64,000 bases of DNA from Octopus sinensis (GCF_006345805.1 NC_043004.1:60202001-60266000), one strand, 5' to 3'; positions 1-12,015 are shown, counted from the stretch's first letter. The notes: generated by a model not told the origin, from the sequence alone. Numbers and translations are program-made.

Positions 1-299
1 TACAATGCTTTAATTGAATGTAAAATGTTCCTAAAGCTTATTGTGTATTTGCCAGTCGCGAATGGGTGAGTATGTATGGCTATATATAAAAGTTATATTT
101 TAGCTTTAGAGAATAGTAAAACTGGCAGTAGCCAGTTCTTCAGTGTAAGTGAGATGGAAAGTGTTACATTAATTGTACCACCCCTGTTTACGAGCAGAAT
201 TATTAAAACATGGCGTAAATAACTTCCGGTTCCTTATGTTCTGGTTTCAAATCTTACCGAGGTCAACTGTGCCTCTCATCTTTTCTCGGTTGATTATGT

Positions 300-475
300 A
301 CCAGGCAAGTACAAAGACCGCTCTCCTAAATCAGAAAACCTAGTATTTATTGGCAAAAGGAGTGTGCTTAGCAGAAAAAAAAATGAAGCTCTGTACAAAA
401 TTCATTACGTTATCTTCCGGATTCATGTTTCGGCATGGTTATCTTTGTCACTTATCCCCACAAACGTTAATATAC
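300..475. repeat. Unclassified interspersed repeat, diverged copy of 3790-3960
   Basis: caggcaagtaca...ctcctaaatcagaaaac.tagtatt...gtgcttagcagaaa...catggttatctttgtca is shared with 3790-3960. Confidence 0.75.
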
Positions 476-726
476 TATGGTATCAGTCGACCACAAGAAT
501 TCAAAAAATAGACTAAAATATTGTAACTTCAACATACCTGGTCTTATACGTTAAAAAATCAATCGATATGTACATGTCGTGTGAGCAGAACAAAATACCA
601 TAAAATTTCGTTATGTGTAATTATATTATTTTGCTTTCAGAGTAAAACCATTATCAAAAGCAATCTTGCATTTTATCCTCTCGGTTTCAGTAGAATCAAA
701 TGAGAGACAGGTACTAGGTTTAGGGT

Positions 727-810
727 GTATGTATGTATGTATGTATGTATGTATGTATGTATGTATGTATGTATGTATGTATGTATGTATGTATATATGT
801 ATGTATGTAT
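727..810. repeat. (TATG)n microsatellite
   Basis: Perfect tetranucleotide run. Confidence 0.95.
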
Positions 811-1036
811 TCATGTAAAAATGAATATATACAAGCTCTAGCATGGGCATACATGTCTGGATTTTAGAGCAGTGGTAGTCCAGTTGGTAAACATTGCCGA
901 AACATCATATTCTGCCAGAGTAAAATTATTCTTAGACAGGCAATTCAGGTAAATCTCATATCTTACCCAAATTTAGTTCCCCAGGTGGATCAGTCAAAAC
1001 AATATAAATAATGTGCATGTTTAAATATATATATAT

Positions 1037-1510
1037 ATAAAAGTTAAAGTTGTAGAAAAGACAGGTAGGACTATCAAATCGGCATTATGCAGATCATATC
1101 CATTTGATAGAATCACCTGTCAAAGTAATTGTGCAGTATGTTCGACAAATCCACATGTAAATTGTAAAGCCAAGGGCACTGTATACCAGATTAAATGCCA
1201 GGAGGGAGCTTGCGCGACTAACCCAGAGTCATACATAGGTGAGACCTCTAGAGGCATCAATGATAGGTTCAAAGAACACCTGGACAACTACATTGAAAGG
1301 AAACCAAACTCCATCTTCTACCAACATGCTGTAGACTGCCACAAGGGATCCTTAGGGGAGCTTAAGTTGAACATCCTATCAACACACCCCACCGATGCAA
1401 TGTTGAGACAGGTCACAGAAGCTGTTTGTATACAAGAATACAAACCTACTCTCAACCGAAAGTCCGAATGGAATAACATCCAGATCCCATTCAGAAGGAC
1501 TATTCTATAA
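1037..1510 (+). mobile_element. Penelope-like element (PLE) 3' fragment: Cys-rich linker plus GIY-YIG endonuclease
   Basis: Stop-free 157-codon frame without a start codon, absent from the ORF track: IKVKVVEKTGRTIKSALCRSYPFDRITCQSNCAVCSTNPHVNCKAKGTVYQIKCQEGACATNPESYIGETSRGINDRFKEHL...RQVTEAVCIQEYKPTLNRKSEW. VY-I-C...YIGET-R...R-EH is the PLE GIY-YIG signature. Confidence 0.88.
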
Positions 1511-1679
1511 CCACCCCTCTCTCTCTATCCCTTTTACCTGTAGTCCTTACATACGGGTTGCAACGCGTATGTGCAGTTATATACAACGGTATGAGCAGAC
1601 GTTGTTTGATACGAACAGTTGCACCTAGGCGTTGTATCCATTCACGGTTAGACGATGATGAGAGGAACAAACACACACC

Positions 1680-2480
1680 CACACATATATATATATATGT
1701 GAGTGTGTGCGTCTATACAAACATATATGTAAATATGTATACAACCTTCAGCAAAGTAACAGTCATGTACACAACTTGGACGGACACATGCCAGTACACG
1801 GACATACGTTCACATACACATACACATGTACACACTCTCACAGACACATCTGCTCATTCTCCTAGACACTCACATACATACGTAGCACATGAATACAAAC
1901 ATACATACATACATACCTACGTATGGGCATACACACGTACATACGCACGTACATGTACGCACACACATACATGGGCACATGCACACGAGCGCGTATACAT
2001 ACATACGCACAAGCGTACGTATGTACATACACACATACATACACACATACATACATACATACATACATACATACTACATACATACATACATACATACATA
2101 CATACATACATACGCACATACATACATACGCACAATAGTAAAACAATAGTTCTGTGATATAGAGATAAAAATCTGATAATAGATTTTAGGGTATAGTTTT
2201 GGGAGTAAGCGTCATAAATCACTTTCTAGCTTCGGCCGTAGGAAGTTGAAATTTGATAGCTTTGTGATGAGTGGTCACTCTACATCCATCCATCGCTACA
2301 GGTTTATAGATTTATGTTTTATAGAGTGTATGTGCGTGCATATACACACACATACATATATAGATACATACATACATGCATACATACATACATGCATACA
2401 CAGGCGTATGTGCGTACATGCATACGTACATACATACACACATGTATGCATACATACACACATACATACGTACATATATA
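1680..2480. repeat. Degenerate (CA)n/(TACA)n low-complexity tracts with a unique spacer at about 2150-2340
   Basis: Direct inspection; these tracts explain the H/T/Y/I-rich ORFs in the track. Confidence 0.85.
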
Positions 2481-2519
2481 TGACGAACTAACTGTTACTT
2501 TCTTAGATGCAGCACGGAC

Positions 2520-2569
2520 TTTGTCAGTGAACGGGTCGCGGATTTTAGCGACGAAAATATTTTGACAAA
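2520..2569 (+). ncRNA. Minimal type I hammerhead ribozyme-like motif, G3-C8 variant
   Basis: TTTGTCA-GTGAACG-G-GTCGC-GGATTTTA-GCGAC-GAA-AATATT-T-TGACAAA: 7-bp stem I, 5-bp stem II, palindromic stem III; A9 is G in this copy. Confidence 0.5.
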
Positions 2570-2707
2570 TTAAACTTAAATGTTGAAGTGAATCGAACGG
2601 CTTTTGTGTGTTTCTTAAATGGCTTATAAACACCTTCCACGCTGCAATTGTTTTCGTTTCAGCACACGATCTCAGATCAAATTACTTGCTATGCGAGTAC
2701 ATCTCCG

Positions 2708-2771
<64 letters not shown>

Positions 2772-3465
2772 CTTAGAATAACTTAGAAAGGTTTTGGCCA
2801 GTATTGGCCCAGGCCATGTCTAACTTAATAGCACCACCTGTTGAAGTCTTTCAATTCAGGATTTGGGAACCAAGGCCCATTCGATCAGAGAGTTATTGTT
2901 TGCGGAGACATATCCGGGTGTGGGTGGTTTGTCCGGGACTGTTTGAAGGAATTTGTCCAAAATCTTCTTGAATTTTGTGTGGTCAGTTTCTGTTTTGACG
3001 TGTCTTGTTGTAATGTTGAAGAGGGCGGGTCCAATTGAGGTGAAATAATTGTGCCGCACTGTTGTTATGAGATGCGATTGAGATTTTTGTTGTGGACGGA
3101 TGGCACGGGGTCCAAGTCTTGGATGTATTTTGAAGGTGATACCAACATCATTTGGACAGTGCTGATGGAATATTTTCGGCATCACACAGATAACGTAGCG
3201 TTCACGGCGTCGTTGGAGTGAATACAGTTTCAGCTTTTCCAGTCGATCCCAGTAGTCGAGGTCTGACATGCCATCTATCTTTTTCGTGATTGACCTTTGG
3301 AGAGCTTCAACTTTCATAATATTCCGTTTCGTGTAGGGAGACCATAGTGGACAGCAGTATTCAAGGTGAGGTCGGGCAAAAGTGGAGAAAAGAAGGATAA
3401 TGGTGTAGGAATCTCTCGACTGAAAGGTTCTGAGAATCCAGAAACACATTCTGCGGGCCATGTCA
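2772..3465 (-). mobile_element. CR1-clade LINE, 5'-truncated (C-terminal region after RT plus 3' UTR)
   Basis: ORF 2856-3461 contains RPHLEYCCPLWSP, LEKLKLYSLQRRRERY and FKKILDKFL. 3' end has the short tandem tail ttctaagttattctaagtt next to (TA)n. Confidence 0.92.
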
Positions 3466-3579
3466 ACTTCGCTGCTTATATATATAGGAAGAGTTTACGA
3501 AAGAAAATCAAAAGACGAAGACAGGTGGTGTACAAAACAAACAGATGTATTAGTATAACGCTCAGGAATTAGAAAAAGT

Positions 3580-3615
3580 CTTTTACGTTTCGAGCCTACG
3601 ATCTTCTACAGAAAG
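3580..3615 (-). ncRNA. Minimal hammerhead-like motif (C3-G8, A6>U) in a PLE-LTR-like repeat at about 3480-3740
   Basis: Minus strand CTTT-CTGTAGA-A-GATC-GTAG-GCTC-GAA-ACGT-A-AAAG. Confidence 0.4.
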
Positions 3616-3737
3616 GGACATAGAAAAAACTAGGAGAGAAAAAATGTGTGTAGTGGCTAACGATCTATCATGGAGACTAGTGCCGGACAGAAGGGTCAAA
3701 CACGAGGAGGAAAGTATGGGAGATAACAAGGTAAAGA

Positions 3738-3775
<38 letters not shown>

Positions 3776-3780
3776 TCCTT

Positions 3781-4085
3781 CATCGGTTGTACAGGCAAGT
3801 ACAACGAACGCACTCCTAAATCAGAAAACTTAGTATTGGTTGGTATAAGGATTGTGCTTAGCAGAAATATATGGAGCATTGTACAAAATACATTACTGTA
3901 TCTTTCGGGTCTTATGTTCTGGGTTCATGTTCCAGCATGGTTATCTTTGTCATTTATTACACTCGGTGATATAATTGCCATGCAATAAGAATCAGTAATG
4001 TTTTAATATTTAGGTATTCTACCAGCAGTATATTGGATAGATATTAACCCTTTCTTGGTTGGATTCACAACCTCTAAATTTCTAG
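3781..4085. repeat. Unclassified interspersed repeat, longer copy of 300-475
   Basis: Shared sequence with 300-475; bounded by (TA)n on both sides. Confidence 0.7.
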
Positions 4086-4653
4086 GAAGAGTATATATTT
4101 ATATATATATATATATATATATATACGATGGGGATATATGTCCCCTCTTTATCGAGAAAGACCATCAATGAAATTGCCGATGCAAAATGCTAGCTATGCT
4201 TGTGTATGAAATTAAAGTATCGGCATTCGGCTTCACCCGAGTTCACGTCCGCGGCTTCCATACTCTTTATGGTGCCCTCTTACTTCGCCGAGCAGCTGAT
4301 AGTTAGCTCGCCGGTGATTGCACAATCTAACACTTCAGGTTCAATAAAGATTTCAAGGCACCGCAATAACTGTCTCCACTTTAGAGGGACAAGCGAAGGC
4401 AAGATATCCCGTGTCAGCATAGGACGCAGGCTCCGGAATGTGAGAGCATCGGGATATCTAACTCAAAGAAAAATCCTCCATAACGGTATTCAATGCATAT
4501 CTGGTTTTATATAAGAGTTACCTTTATCTAAAAATGTACTTTAGTAACTACGAAGTGGTGACTCACTGTCAGTGCTCTTCCCGCATGCCAAACACCATCT
4601 CCTTGGAGATGTGTTATATACATATATTTATATACAAATCTATCTATGCATCT

Positions 4654-4710
<57 letters not shown>

Positions 4711-4804
4711 TATACATACATATATGGTTACGGATGTCACTGACAGTAAGCAAAGAATAATATACAATGTTTTGTTTTTAAATAGGGCGAATTATCTCCC
4801 TAAG

Positions 4805-4970
4805 TCTGATCTGGTTAAAAATCTAATGTACCTAAATGGCAAACAGGAGTATCTGACCATAGGATGTTTCCGATCTGTAAATAATTTTTGCTACTCTAAT
4901 TGACCAACATCCTATGGTCAGATACTCCCTGTTTGCCATTTAGGTACGTTAGATTTTTAACCAGATCAGA
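4805..4970. repeat. Inverted repeat with about 64-bp arms and a 37-nt loop
   Basis: tctgatctggttaaaaatctaatgtacc...aggatgtt (4805-4868) versus aacatcct...ccagatcaga (4906-4970); one mismatch and one indel. Confidence 0.92.
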
Positions 4971-5010
4971 TTTTTAACCAAATGCATGACATCTATAATA
5001 TTTTTAACCA

Positions 5011-5109
5011 AAGGCATGACATCTATAATATTGTCCAGGTATGGGATATTTCAAATGCCTGCAGTAGCTGGCATTTGAAATATGGACAATATTATAGATG
5101 TCATGCCTT
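5011..5109. repeat. Second foldback hairpin, preceded by a 30-bp tandem duplication
   Basis: aaggcatgacatctataatattgtcca / tggacaatattatagatgtcatgcctt, with inner atatttcaaatgcc / ggcatttgaaatat; tttttaaccaaa.gcatgacatctataata occurs twice at 4971-5030. Confidence 0.88.
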
Positions 5110-5583
5110 GAGTTTAAGAGATTCCCCTTTCCTGCATTTTTATGCAAAGCTTCTATCATCTACTCCCGTTGATATAGGACTCCGGCTGCTCTATGATCCA
5201 CTTTTTAATTTAGTATAGGATTCCTTCAACCTCAAAACGCCAAACGTGGCCTATCAGCGACGTGACGTAACATCTTCCTGGAACGCTAAAGGAGGAACCG
5301 CGGTAGTATAAGTGTAGCGTAAAATCACTTCTGCCCGACCAGATATATTTCCAAACTTGAGTGCTGGTTGTGTATCTACTATTTGCTCCGGGGTTTGTGC
5401 TGATATTATTACTGCTATTGTTGAAGCTGTCATCGGTGTGTTATTACAACGCGTGGTTCTGGCGATTTAGCTGTAGTTATTGCCGTTGCACTTCTTATCC
5501 ACGACTATAGTGTTGGTGCTTTGCTGCTTGCTGTGATGGTGTTGTGGCAGAAGTCGCTGCTAATACAGGAAGTGGTATTTGTA

Positions 5584-5810
5584 GGTGAGCTGGCATAAGT
5601 GTTAGCACGCCGGGCGAAATGCGTAGCCGTATTTCGTCTGCCGTTCCGTTCTGAGTTCAAATTCCGCCGAGGTCGACTTTGCCTTTCATCCTTTCGCGGT
5701 CTATAAATTAAGTACCAGTTACACACTGGAGTCGATGTAATCGACTTAACACGTTTGTCTTTCCTTGTTTGTCCCCTCTGTGTTTAGCCCCTTGTGGGTA
5801 GTAAAGAAAT
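5584..5810 (+). mobile_element. tRNA-derived SINE family A, long-tail form, with target-site duplication
   Basis: A-box-like gagctggcataagtgttagc, B-box-like gagttcaaattcc, tail agccccttgtgggtagtaaagaaat; gtatttgtaggt repeated at 5575-5586 and 5813-5824. Confidence 0.88.
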
Positions 5811-6166
5811 ATGTATTTGTAGGTTCGCGGTTGTTGCTGGTGCTGACGTGGTTGTATTTTCCAGCTGTATTACTGGTCTAGTTACTGCAGTCATTGCTGT
5901 CACTGCTGCTGCTTCTGCCGCCTCCTCCATTGCCATCGTTGTTTTCGATGTTATTGGATGAGCCACTGGTTTTATCAGTGCGATTGCTGGGGATGGCTCA
6001 TTTACTGCCTCATATACGACTCCCTCAGTTTTAAGACAAGTCATAAGCTTCCCACCATTAGAATCTAATGGGTAGTCTATGAAGCGCTTTATCGATGCGA
6101 AATCAATTGTCACTCTATGACCGGACACACATTTAACTGCATGTATATATATATATATATATATGT

Positions 6167-6230
<64 letters not shown>

Positions 6231-6231
<1 letters not shown>

Positions 6232-6388
6232 TGACGGTCTTCTTTCAGTTTCCGCCTACCAAATCCACTCACACGGAATTGGGTAGCCCAAGGCTATTGT
6301 AGAATACAGTTACCGAAGGTGCCGCGCAGTGGGACAGAACATAGAATCATATGGTTTAGAAAGCAAGCATCTTACCACACGTCCATGT

Positions 6389-6392
<4 letters not shown>
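6231..6392 (-). mobile_element. SINE family B, 5' half, diverged
   Basis: Reverse complement matches the head of 32101-32500. Confidence 0.75.
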
Positions 6393-6424
<32 letters not shown>

Positions 6425-7399
6425 TTAAAGAAACACGGATTTACATGTATTTGACCATGTGTGTGAACGGAGAGCGTGTGAGGAAAAGAAAGAAAGGCAA
6501 ATAATTTTATTTTTTAAATTAAATGAAGATTTTATATGATTAAGAAATTTCAGTGATTGATAAAAGAACTATCGAGTCAAAATATTTGGGTTATTATTAA
6601 TTTTTTCCAGAACATTAAGTATTACATGCGTAAATATTTTACCTGAAGTGTGATAAAAACTTAGTGATATTTTAAAGAAAAAGCAATTTAAAATATTGAA
6701 TGAATTAGAAAAAGACTAAGAAGTTTAGTAATCAATATATATTGTATTTATTTCATTTAATTTTGTTGTTTAAAAGGAAATCAATAAAACTCATTAAGAA
6801 GGAATTCAATGAAACTATCAGTTTTATTGTAACAAAATTTTATTAGCCTACAACCATCTTAGTAGAGGTTAAGCGAAGAAAACATAAAGGTATATACTTA
6901 ATTAGAAATTAATCAAACTTTATTGATAATTACTGTGGAGTACGACAGATGTCCCTCACAGAAATCAATATATCTGTATAAAACAGTGGATTATGAACGA
7001 AAATACGTCAAGCACTGTTAATTGGCTTTCAGATGTACTACAATGAATATTGCACGAATCACTTTCTTCAGGAATTATGTTTTGTTATCATATATGTGCA
7101 TACATGCATATATACGTACATATAACTACATGCATATGTACGTGTATACATATGAATACATGTATGTATATATATATATATATATATATATAATTGTGCT
7201 AATATTCATCGGAAGCATTTTTTATGTGGCTAAAGCACAGCGGATCTATTTTTAGTACTAGAGTAGACCACATATTGGTTGCTCTCTTATATTTATGTAT
7301 AAAATGTATGAAAATCCGGGTTTTAAATGCACTAAGCCACTTGGTGTTAAATGGATGTGCTATTAAATTAGTATACAACTTTCTCACTCGCATTAGTTG

Positions 7400-7444
<45 letters not shown>

Positions 7445-7742
7445 TTATAAATATATACATATACATATATACATATATATTTTGTGCATATGTGTATATA
7501 TACATGTGTGTACATACATATATACATCTATCTATCTATCTATCTATATATATATATATATGTATGTATATGTATATATATATGTATGTGTGTATGTGTG
7601 TGTAGTTCATAGATGAGAATCAGATATTTTCTGTATAGAATACACTTCGTAGTGTCCAAGAGGTTTAAATTTGAACAGGCAGAGGAGTGAATGTAAGGAT
7701 AAGCATGTTAGACAGATCTATATCCAAAGTACATTAGAAACA

Positions 7743-8141
7743 TCTTTATATATAAAAGAGAAGTTGTGTGTCTGTCTCCTTCGATTTAGATTCCTAACTA
7801 CTCCCACATTTTGCGGTGCAGTTTAACCAAAACCGGGTATCTTATAGTCGTGATTCATATCGAGCCCTTCTGGGTATTAGCGCGCGTCTACGATGAGTCT
7901 ACGATTTAAAAAAAAAATTACCATCATTTTTTTTCCATTTTAATGCATTCTTTTCACTATTATATAAGGGAAGTAACTCTCTAAAAATATCTACGATGAG
8001 TCAACGATTTAAAAAAAAAATTACTATCATTTTTTTGCATTTTTAATGTATTTTTTTGCTACTTTTTGGCTATAACTCTCTTAAAATGTCTATATAGTTA
8101 TTTCCCTTACAAACTCGAGCAACGCCGGGCGATACTGCTAG
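7743..8141 (+). mobile_element. Non-autonomous Helitron, copy 1
   Basis: 5' TC, 3' CTAG, inserted between A and T, subterminal hairpin ctcgagcaacgccggg; near-identical to 12016-12412. Confidence 0.85.
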
Positions 8142-8199
8142 TTAAATATAAAAATTGCATTTACATAGAGAAACGTCCGACTAAGACAGAATAGAAATA

Positions 8200-9060
8200 T
8201 CAAGAATTATGAATCCAACAGCTGTTTCCGGAGACTCAGTGGTCCAACATAATGAATGTAAGTAGATTCTATCGTCGGATGATAAGAGCTTTCGTCTTCG
8301 CGGAAGAATTCTCACATTTGAGGCGTTGACATAAAGGAGATTAAACAAGGAATAATTTTACGGAGAAATGATTTTTGCAGTGGGGGAATTGAGGAAGTAT
8401 TCAGATAGAGAATATTGAGAGGAGAAAATAAATTTCAAGGATTAGAAGTTAATAAGGAGCTAGTAGGGTGTTATAGTAGTAGAGTTGGAAAGTATGAAGA
8501 AGAGGGATGAGTGGTCAAGATAGTATGCGAATGGCAACCTTTGTGTTAGTTCGTATGAAGGCTGTAGAATTAATGGTTGAGATAGGAAATGGCAATTATC
8601 TGAGAGAAATAAGTTGATTGGTTTATTAGCTGAGCGAGATTACTGAGTTATGTAGAGCGGTATAACCGAATATAGTGTGATGGAGGTAGAATGGGATGTG
8701 AGTTAGTGGTCAATATAGCAGTTGTAAGTTGGACAAAGGAATTGGGTTGGTATTGGAGGTGGAAGTGTCATGGGATACAGAAGAGTATGAAATTGAATAG
8801 AGGGATATGAATAGAGAGAGGGTAGATGTTGATTGGTTAGTATCCAAGGGAGAGGAGTAGCATTAAATACATTTGGTGAGGAGGAGAAATAAGAGGGTAG
8901 TTAGGAGGGTGGGGAGTGTATGGGGGAAGTGGGAAGTAGTGGTTTAGAAGAATTTAGAAAATTTTGGAGAGGTAGTATGTGAATGACTAACAGAGTGGTA
9001 GTATTTGTGAAGTAATAGGTTGCTAGGCTGACTTTGTCTTAGATCAAGGTTAATTTTAAG
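8200..9060 (-). mobile_element. Decayed element, possibly Penelope-like
   Basis: Strong strand asymmetry and degenerate GAA+palindrome motifs (gaaagct, gaaacagctgt) near the minus-strand 3' end; no clean protein motif recovered. Confidence 0.25.
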
Positions 9061-9224
9061 TATGGATACATATAATTATGAGGTTACATAGATTTTACAA
9101 AGTGCGGTGAAAATGAGCAGTGCCTGTGTTTCCAAGACAAAATTACATGTGGAAATCTATTAAGTAATGAGTGGTTGTGACGGCGAAGAATGGTTAGCAA
9201 GTCTTTTAAACACAATTTACTCAT

Positions 9225-9823
9225 ACCGAGCAGTGACTGGTGACGACAAATGGCTTCTCTTTAAAAATGTAAAGCGCCAAACAGAATGGAGAACACCGGC
9301 CCCTTAGGCTAACGAAGGTTTTCACCGACTTTTATCTTCTAAGCGCAACCCAAACGATAACATGAGATTTACTGTGAGCAATATGAGCGGCTTAAGTTTA
9401 TACTAGAAGGAAAACGTCCATGTTTGGTTTCAAGACGAAAGGTCTTATTCCATCAAGATAATGCTCAGTAACATACAACGAGGATGACATTCCAGAGGCT
9501 GGAGCAGTTTGAATTGGAAACAATGCCCCACCCACCATATTCGGCGGTCATTTTCCCATCTGACTATCATTTATTCCGCAATCTTCAAAATTATTGGGAC
9601 GGGAAAAGTATAAATTTTGTAGACGATGTAAGAGGTGTATTCTTACATGGAGGTGTATTCTTCATCGCTGACAAGGGAATTTTGGAAAAGGTGAATTGGA
9701 AGGAAGAACTTTGCAGAAAATGAAGGACTGTATGTTTTAGATTTAAAAAATAACTGCATTTACCTGAATTTTGAAGAATAAAGAAGTATTGAAAAAACCG
9801 CATTATTTATGAGATGACATAAT
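9225..9823 (+). mobile_element. Mariner transposase pseudogene, catalytic region
   Basis: AVTGDDKW, LFHQDNA and HPPYSAVIFPSDYHLF (compare VTGDEKW, HDNA, YSPDLAPSDY); stops and deletions present. Confidence 0.88.
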
Positions 9824-9931
9824 ACGTATACGACTATATATATATATATATATATATATACTTATACATATATATATATATAATATATATATACATATAT
9901 ATATACATATATATATACCTATATAGGTATA

Positions 9932-9963
<32 letters not shown>

Positions 9964-10937
9964 CATATATATATACATATATATATACAATTGTCATTTG
10001 TAAAAGAATATATTAATTTCTTGATGATATTACGTTAAAATGATATAATAGTGACATTTAAATGCAGTCAGTTCGATTTTTATTTGTTGAGTGCGAGTCC
10101 AGTGAGATATATGCACCATAAATATCTGTCATAGGACATGAACTCGATATTTGCTTATAAAGTTAGTCTACAGAAAATGATATGAATATTGAAGAACACA
10201 CCACATATTTCTTCACTTCCTATTATCTACACCTGAGTACATATTTCTGTGAATCAATATACGTGTATGAATGTGCTAATTCGTTAACCTATTTCATTCC
10301 ACTACTTAAGGATTTAAATATTTATGTGTGTAAGTGGAAGTTCTATGAATGAACGTGTATTCAATGATATGTAGGAGATGGAGAGGGAAGAAGAGAGAGA
10401 CTGGGGAAATAAGAAATTTAATAATATAATTAGTCATTCTTAAGGAATCAAACATTTCGTTTACGTTTGATTAAATGACATCTCAGCCTCCGGTAAATCA
10501 TTTAAAATTCAAAATCGATAACACCTGGTCTGGGTATTGATATATCACAATGTTTTGTCGAATGGTAATCACAGTACGTAACATTTCCAAGTCAAATTTC
10601 TTTCAGACACGCTGATAAAACTATATGATCGCGAATTAGATCCTATAACTATTATGGTATTGGCATTAGGTGACAGTGACATATTCATTATTCATTTACG
10701 CCATTACGCCATATGGGAATAGGTATGCAGAATCATAAGAGCGTCGCAGAATGTGCCTTGCGGTACTTCTCCATATATTTTAGGAGATCAATAAAATAAA
10801 ATACCATTGAAAGACGGATGCGACTTATGCAAATCCCATTCTAGGTCCCCAAAATGGACCTCATGTATTTCTTAGCTTGAACTATTTATATACATCGTGT
10901 CAAAGGATACAAAACAATTATTAAAAAGTCATAAACA

Positions 10938-11117
10938 TTTTATGACAACCGTTAATATTTAATATTTAACTGTAAAGATTGTTATTTTGTGACTTATGTG
11001 CAAAAAATTTTATTTCATATAATAAAATTTTTTATGAGAACCGTTAATATTTACTAAAATGTAACGATTGTTATTTTGTAACTTATGTGCAAAAAACGTT
11101 ATTTCATATAATAAAAT
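10938..11117. repeat. Two-copy tandem duplication, unit about 85-95 bp
   Basis: ttttatga.aaccgttaatattta...gattgttattttgt.acttatgtgcaaaaaa...tatttcatataataaaat occurs twice. Confidence 0.8.
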
Positions 11118-12015
11118 GTTTCTGTTAAAAATAGGGTATATAGTGAAATGAAAACTTTAGCTAGAAATTAGAGCTTAATTAATGAATAACATCTGATAAT
11201 CTATCAGCGCAAGCAACATCATTTTTATAGCATTCTTGCATCCATAAATCAGAAAACAATACTCATCATCCTTAGCAAACATATCAAGAAAAGAATCAAA
11301 GGCCCTTCCCGAGTCATCGTCTCAGAAAACTGGTTTCTTGGACTCTATGGCATGTATATTCTTCCACTGGAGGGAACGCCGGCTCGTTGCAGGATTACTA
11401 ATTTTTGACATGTATGTGATCTGCAGCATGTTAGTCGAAGTGTGTTAATGAGGAACAAATCGCATCGCTTGTTCGGGGAATTGAAATGCCAATCCTACGA
11501 GCAGGCGTGCAACACCATTAAGCGAAGTGCCTCGACTTATCCAACAGACACCAATAATTTAGACTTTTAACTATAATAATCTGTAGAACTGTTACGCTTG
11601 CATTTTTCGTTATTTTTTTAATCGGCTGAAATAAGTCAACATCATCATCAGCACATGAGACAAAATGTTTTACACCATTTTTTCTGACTTGAACGATGTG
11701 AGTTCAATTCCTGCGAAAGTTAACTTTACCTTCCATATTTTGATGTCAATAAAATAGTGACCAGTTGCGGACGATGTTCAAAATTTTGAAGCAATCAGTA
11801 TTAGGTTTCCACGTGAAAAAAGAAAAAGCTCTCTAAAATCTTAATATCCGAGCTCTAAGGTGTCAAAGATCTTGTATCCGAAGATGTGCTTAAAACTGCA
11901 GGAGCTGCAAATATAGTATAATTTAATAGACAATGAACTGGTGTTGTTTTGCAGTTGATAATCGTAAGTACACATTTAAAGAATTTTGAGAAAACTGCCA
12001 GTATGTACGAAGATA

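Noticed and set aside
5784-6272. 162-aa Ala/Thr-rich minus-strand ORF
   Set aside because: It is assembled from a SINE B fragment, (CA)n and a decayed trinucleotide tract; removing the SINE A insertion does not yield a long frame
8205-8320. Two more GAA+palindrome motifs (gaaacagctgt, gaagacgaaagct) on the minus strand
   Set aside because: The core and stem I cannot be formed; kept only as weak support for a PLE origin
11955-11963. 9-nt microexon-like site ttttgcag|TTGATAATC|gtaagt
   Set aside because: Good splice signals, but roughly one such arrangement is plausible by chance in 64 kb and no host gene is established
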